A DNA stretch of 64,000 nt from an uncultured Opitutales bacterium. GTDB lineage: Bacteria > Verrucomicrobiota > Verrucomicrobiia > Opitutales > JBHJGM01. The translations under genes and the position numbers were made by a program. The DNA lies in the NCBI GenBank assembly GCA_964405825.1, contig CAYOPI010000002.1, positions 32,728 through 96,727 of the forward strand. Direction: 5' to 3'. The notes below the pieces were generated by a model. That model saw only the letters and a program-made list of their open reading frames with translations, did not search any database and had not been told where the DNA came from. Below, in pieces: positions 62,770 to 64,000 of this stretch (position 1 is its first letter; each line of letters opens with the position of its first letter).

Positions 62770-63228
62770 TTAATTCAAACGCGAGTCCAAACGTTTGACC
62801 TCAACGAGCATGTCCTTGAAGCCATCGGACCCGAGGCGTTGCTGCATCGCGCTGTTGGCCTGCTGCCAGCCATGCGAAGCCCGCTCGAGGGCTGCGGCAC
62901 CGGCGTCGGTCAGCGTGATTGTGCGGTATCTGCGATCCGTCGCGCTCTGCGCCATTTCCAGCAACCCGTCATCGATCAGGGGACGAACATTGCGGCTCAT
63001 CACGGTACGCTCTACCGAAAGATGCTCGGCCAGGGCCTTTACAGAACAGGCGCCTTCCACCTTCAACACAGCCAGTAACATGAACTGACCGGAGGTGAGA
63101 CCGTAGGGACGTAGTGCGTGGTCATACACCGAGCTGATATGCCGTGCTAGCTTCTTCACATTAAAAGCGACACAGTCCTCAACAGCTTCTCGATAACTCA
63201 CTTCATTTGATAGTGCTTCTTCGCTCAT
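62770..63228 (-). CDS. MarR family transcriptional regulator
   Basis: The start is set at MSEEALSNE (ATG at 63228), which is preceded by AAGGAGG 4 nt upstream; this gives 152 aa. The winged-helix pattern is LTSGQFMLLAVLKVEGACSVKALAEHLSVERTVMSRNVRPLIDDGLLEMAQSATDRRYRTITLTDAG. Confidence 0.85.
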   Translation of the reverse strand: MSEEALSNEVSYREAVEDCVAFNVKKLARHISSVYDHALRPYGLTSGQFMLLAVLKVEGACSVKALAEHLSVERTVMSRNVRPLIDDGLLEMAQSATDRRYRTITLTDAGAAALERASHGWQQANSAMQQRLGSDGFKDMLVEVKRLDSRLN

Positions 63229-63256
63229 GCGACCTCCTTGCTTTAATCGCACACTA

Positions 63257-63277
63257 GTCTTTGGTATGAATAAAGAC
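63257..63277. promoter_or_regulatory. candidate operator (inverted repeat) in the marR divergent promoter region
   Basis: GTCTTT-N9-AAAGAC lies in the AT-rich gap 63229..63392 between marR and the divergent small ORF. MarR-type operators are typically about 20-bp pseudopalindromes. This is purely positional and structural evidence. Confidence 0.2.
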
Positions 63278-63431
63278 AAAACTCCGAACGCTTTTTTTAC
63301 CCCGAGTTCACTCAAGATTGTCCTGTAGGCGGACACGTGTATAGATACTATTTAAGTTCAGAAAACACCTTCCGATTCATCCATGGCGAAGCTTGTGCGG
63401 AAGCGCCCAGTGCGCCTTTCGTCCTGTAACC

Positions 63432-63674
63432 ATGCTGGAGATAAACGCCTACACAAAAACCACTCCGATGCAGAATCCCGCTTACGATGCAGCACTCGCT
63501 GCCCTCGAGCGCATCATCAACGACCCTTCGTTCGGGAGGCTTCACGGCCGCCCGCATGAGTCGCTCAGTCCGGAAGAGCGCAACCTGCTGGCGCGCGCCA
63601 ACGCCCAGGCCGACGAGCTGGCGCGCCTGCGCGCATCCACCCAGCGACAGCGCCTGCCCTACTATCAGGACTGA
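63432..63674 (+). CDS. hypothetical small protein
   Basis: ATG at 63432 (MLEINAYTKTTPMQNPAYDAALAALERIINDPSFGRLHGRPHESLSPEERNLLARANAQADELARLRAS...) within ORF 63393..63674. It is helical with GC3-rich codons. The antisense ORF 63348..63698 looks like shadow sequence. No family recognised. Confidence 0.45.
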   Translation: MLEINAYTKTTPMQNPAYDAALAALERIINDPSFGRLHGRPHESLSPEERNLLARANAQADELARLRASTQRQRLPYYQD

Positions 63675-63739
63675 CAGCCGCTGGCCAGAGCGGCGCAAAA
63701 AGCGTTGCCTGCGCGGGCGATTCCTCCAGAGCCTTGCGC

Positions 63740-63991
63740 ATGCGTGAATGGGAGAAGCGCTCCGTCCTTTCAGTCCGGCTGCTGTCGCTGGCCATCATCC
63801 TCTACGGGGCCATCACCCTGGCGGCCAGCGTGGCCGACTCCATCGGCGAGTTCAACCCGGCCTACCTCCAGCACTACTTCATGACGCAGCTGCTGCGCCC
63901 GCTGCTCTGGCTGCTCTCGGGCATCGTGCTGCGCCTGATTTCGCGCCCGCTTGGCCGACGCCTCGCCCACGGTCTGGACGATCCGGACTAA
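63740..63991 (+). CDS. hypothetical small membrane protein (two TM helices)
   Basis: ATG at 63740 within ORF 63734..63991. LLSLAIILYGAITLAASV and LLRPLLWLLSGIVLRLI are hydrophobic helices. Codons are GC3-rich. No family recognised. Confidence 0.5.
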   Translation: MREWEKRSVLSVRLLSLAIILYGAITLAASVADSIGEFNPAYLQHYFMTQLLRPLLWLLSGIVLRLISRPLGRRLAHGLDDPD

Positions 63992-64000
63992 CCAAGCCCG

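Overview
High-GC (about 65% by eye) bacterial chromosomal segment with tightly packed genes. The core is a roughly 31-kb, entirely minus-strand flagellar supercluster (flgB at 38887 down to csrA at 7762). It encodes rod, hook, MS/C-ring, type III export apparatus, P/L rings, stator, hook-associated proteins, sigma-28 (FliA) and the FliW-CsrA pair. The order of its first half is collinear with the Bacillus fla/che operon. No flagellin, fliD, fliS, flgM or flhG was seen. To the left (509..7550) lie chemosensory accessory genes: cheW, then an apparent operon of an MCP with a CxxCH motif, a membrane-anchored P-loop NTPase, cheD and two stand-alone HDOD proteins. To the right are cheR-cheB, then a three-gene histidine kinase / REC-HD-GYP / hybrid kinase block. 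After that come housekeeping and envelope genes: fabH, a DUF4336-like gene, BamD-like and LptE-like genes, rpe, plsX, rpmF, a gamma-carbonic-anhydrase-like gene, an OlsF-like acyltransferase, pyrG, two signal-peptide-less sulfatases, an orphan membrane protein and a MarR regulator. I recognised no rRNA, tRNA, CRISPR array, transposase or integrase. P/L-ring genes indicate a diderm; the lineage cannot be determined from the sequence alone. The points most worth a second look are:
- the mcp / NTPase / cheD / HDOD / HDOD string;
- a small membrane protein sitting in the canonical flhG slot;
- an HD-GYP response regulator whose HD dyad reads QN;
- two near-identical sigma-54-type promoter matches in correctly oriented intergenic gaps;
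- a cysteine-free FlgH.
All family calls come from reading the translated ORFs and recalling family motifs. No database search was run.
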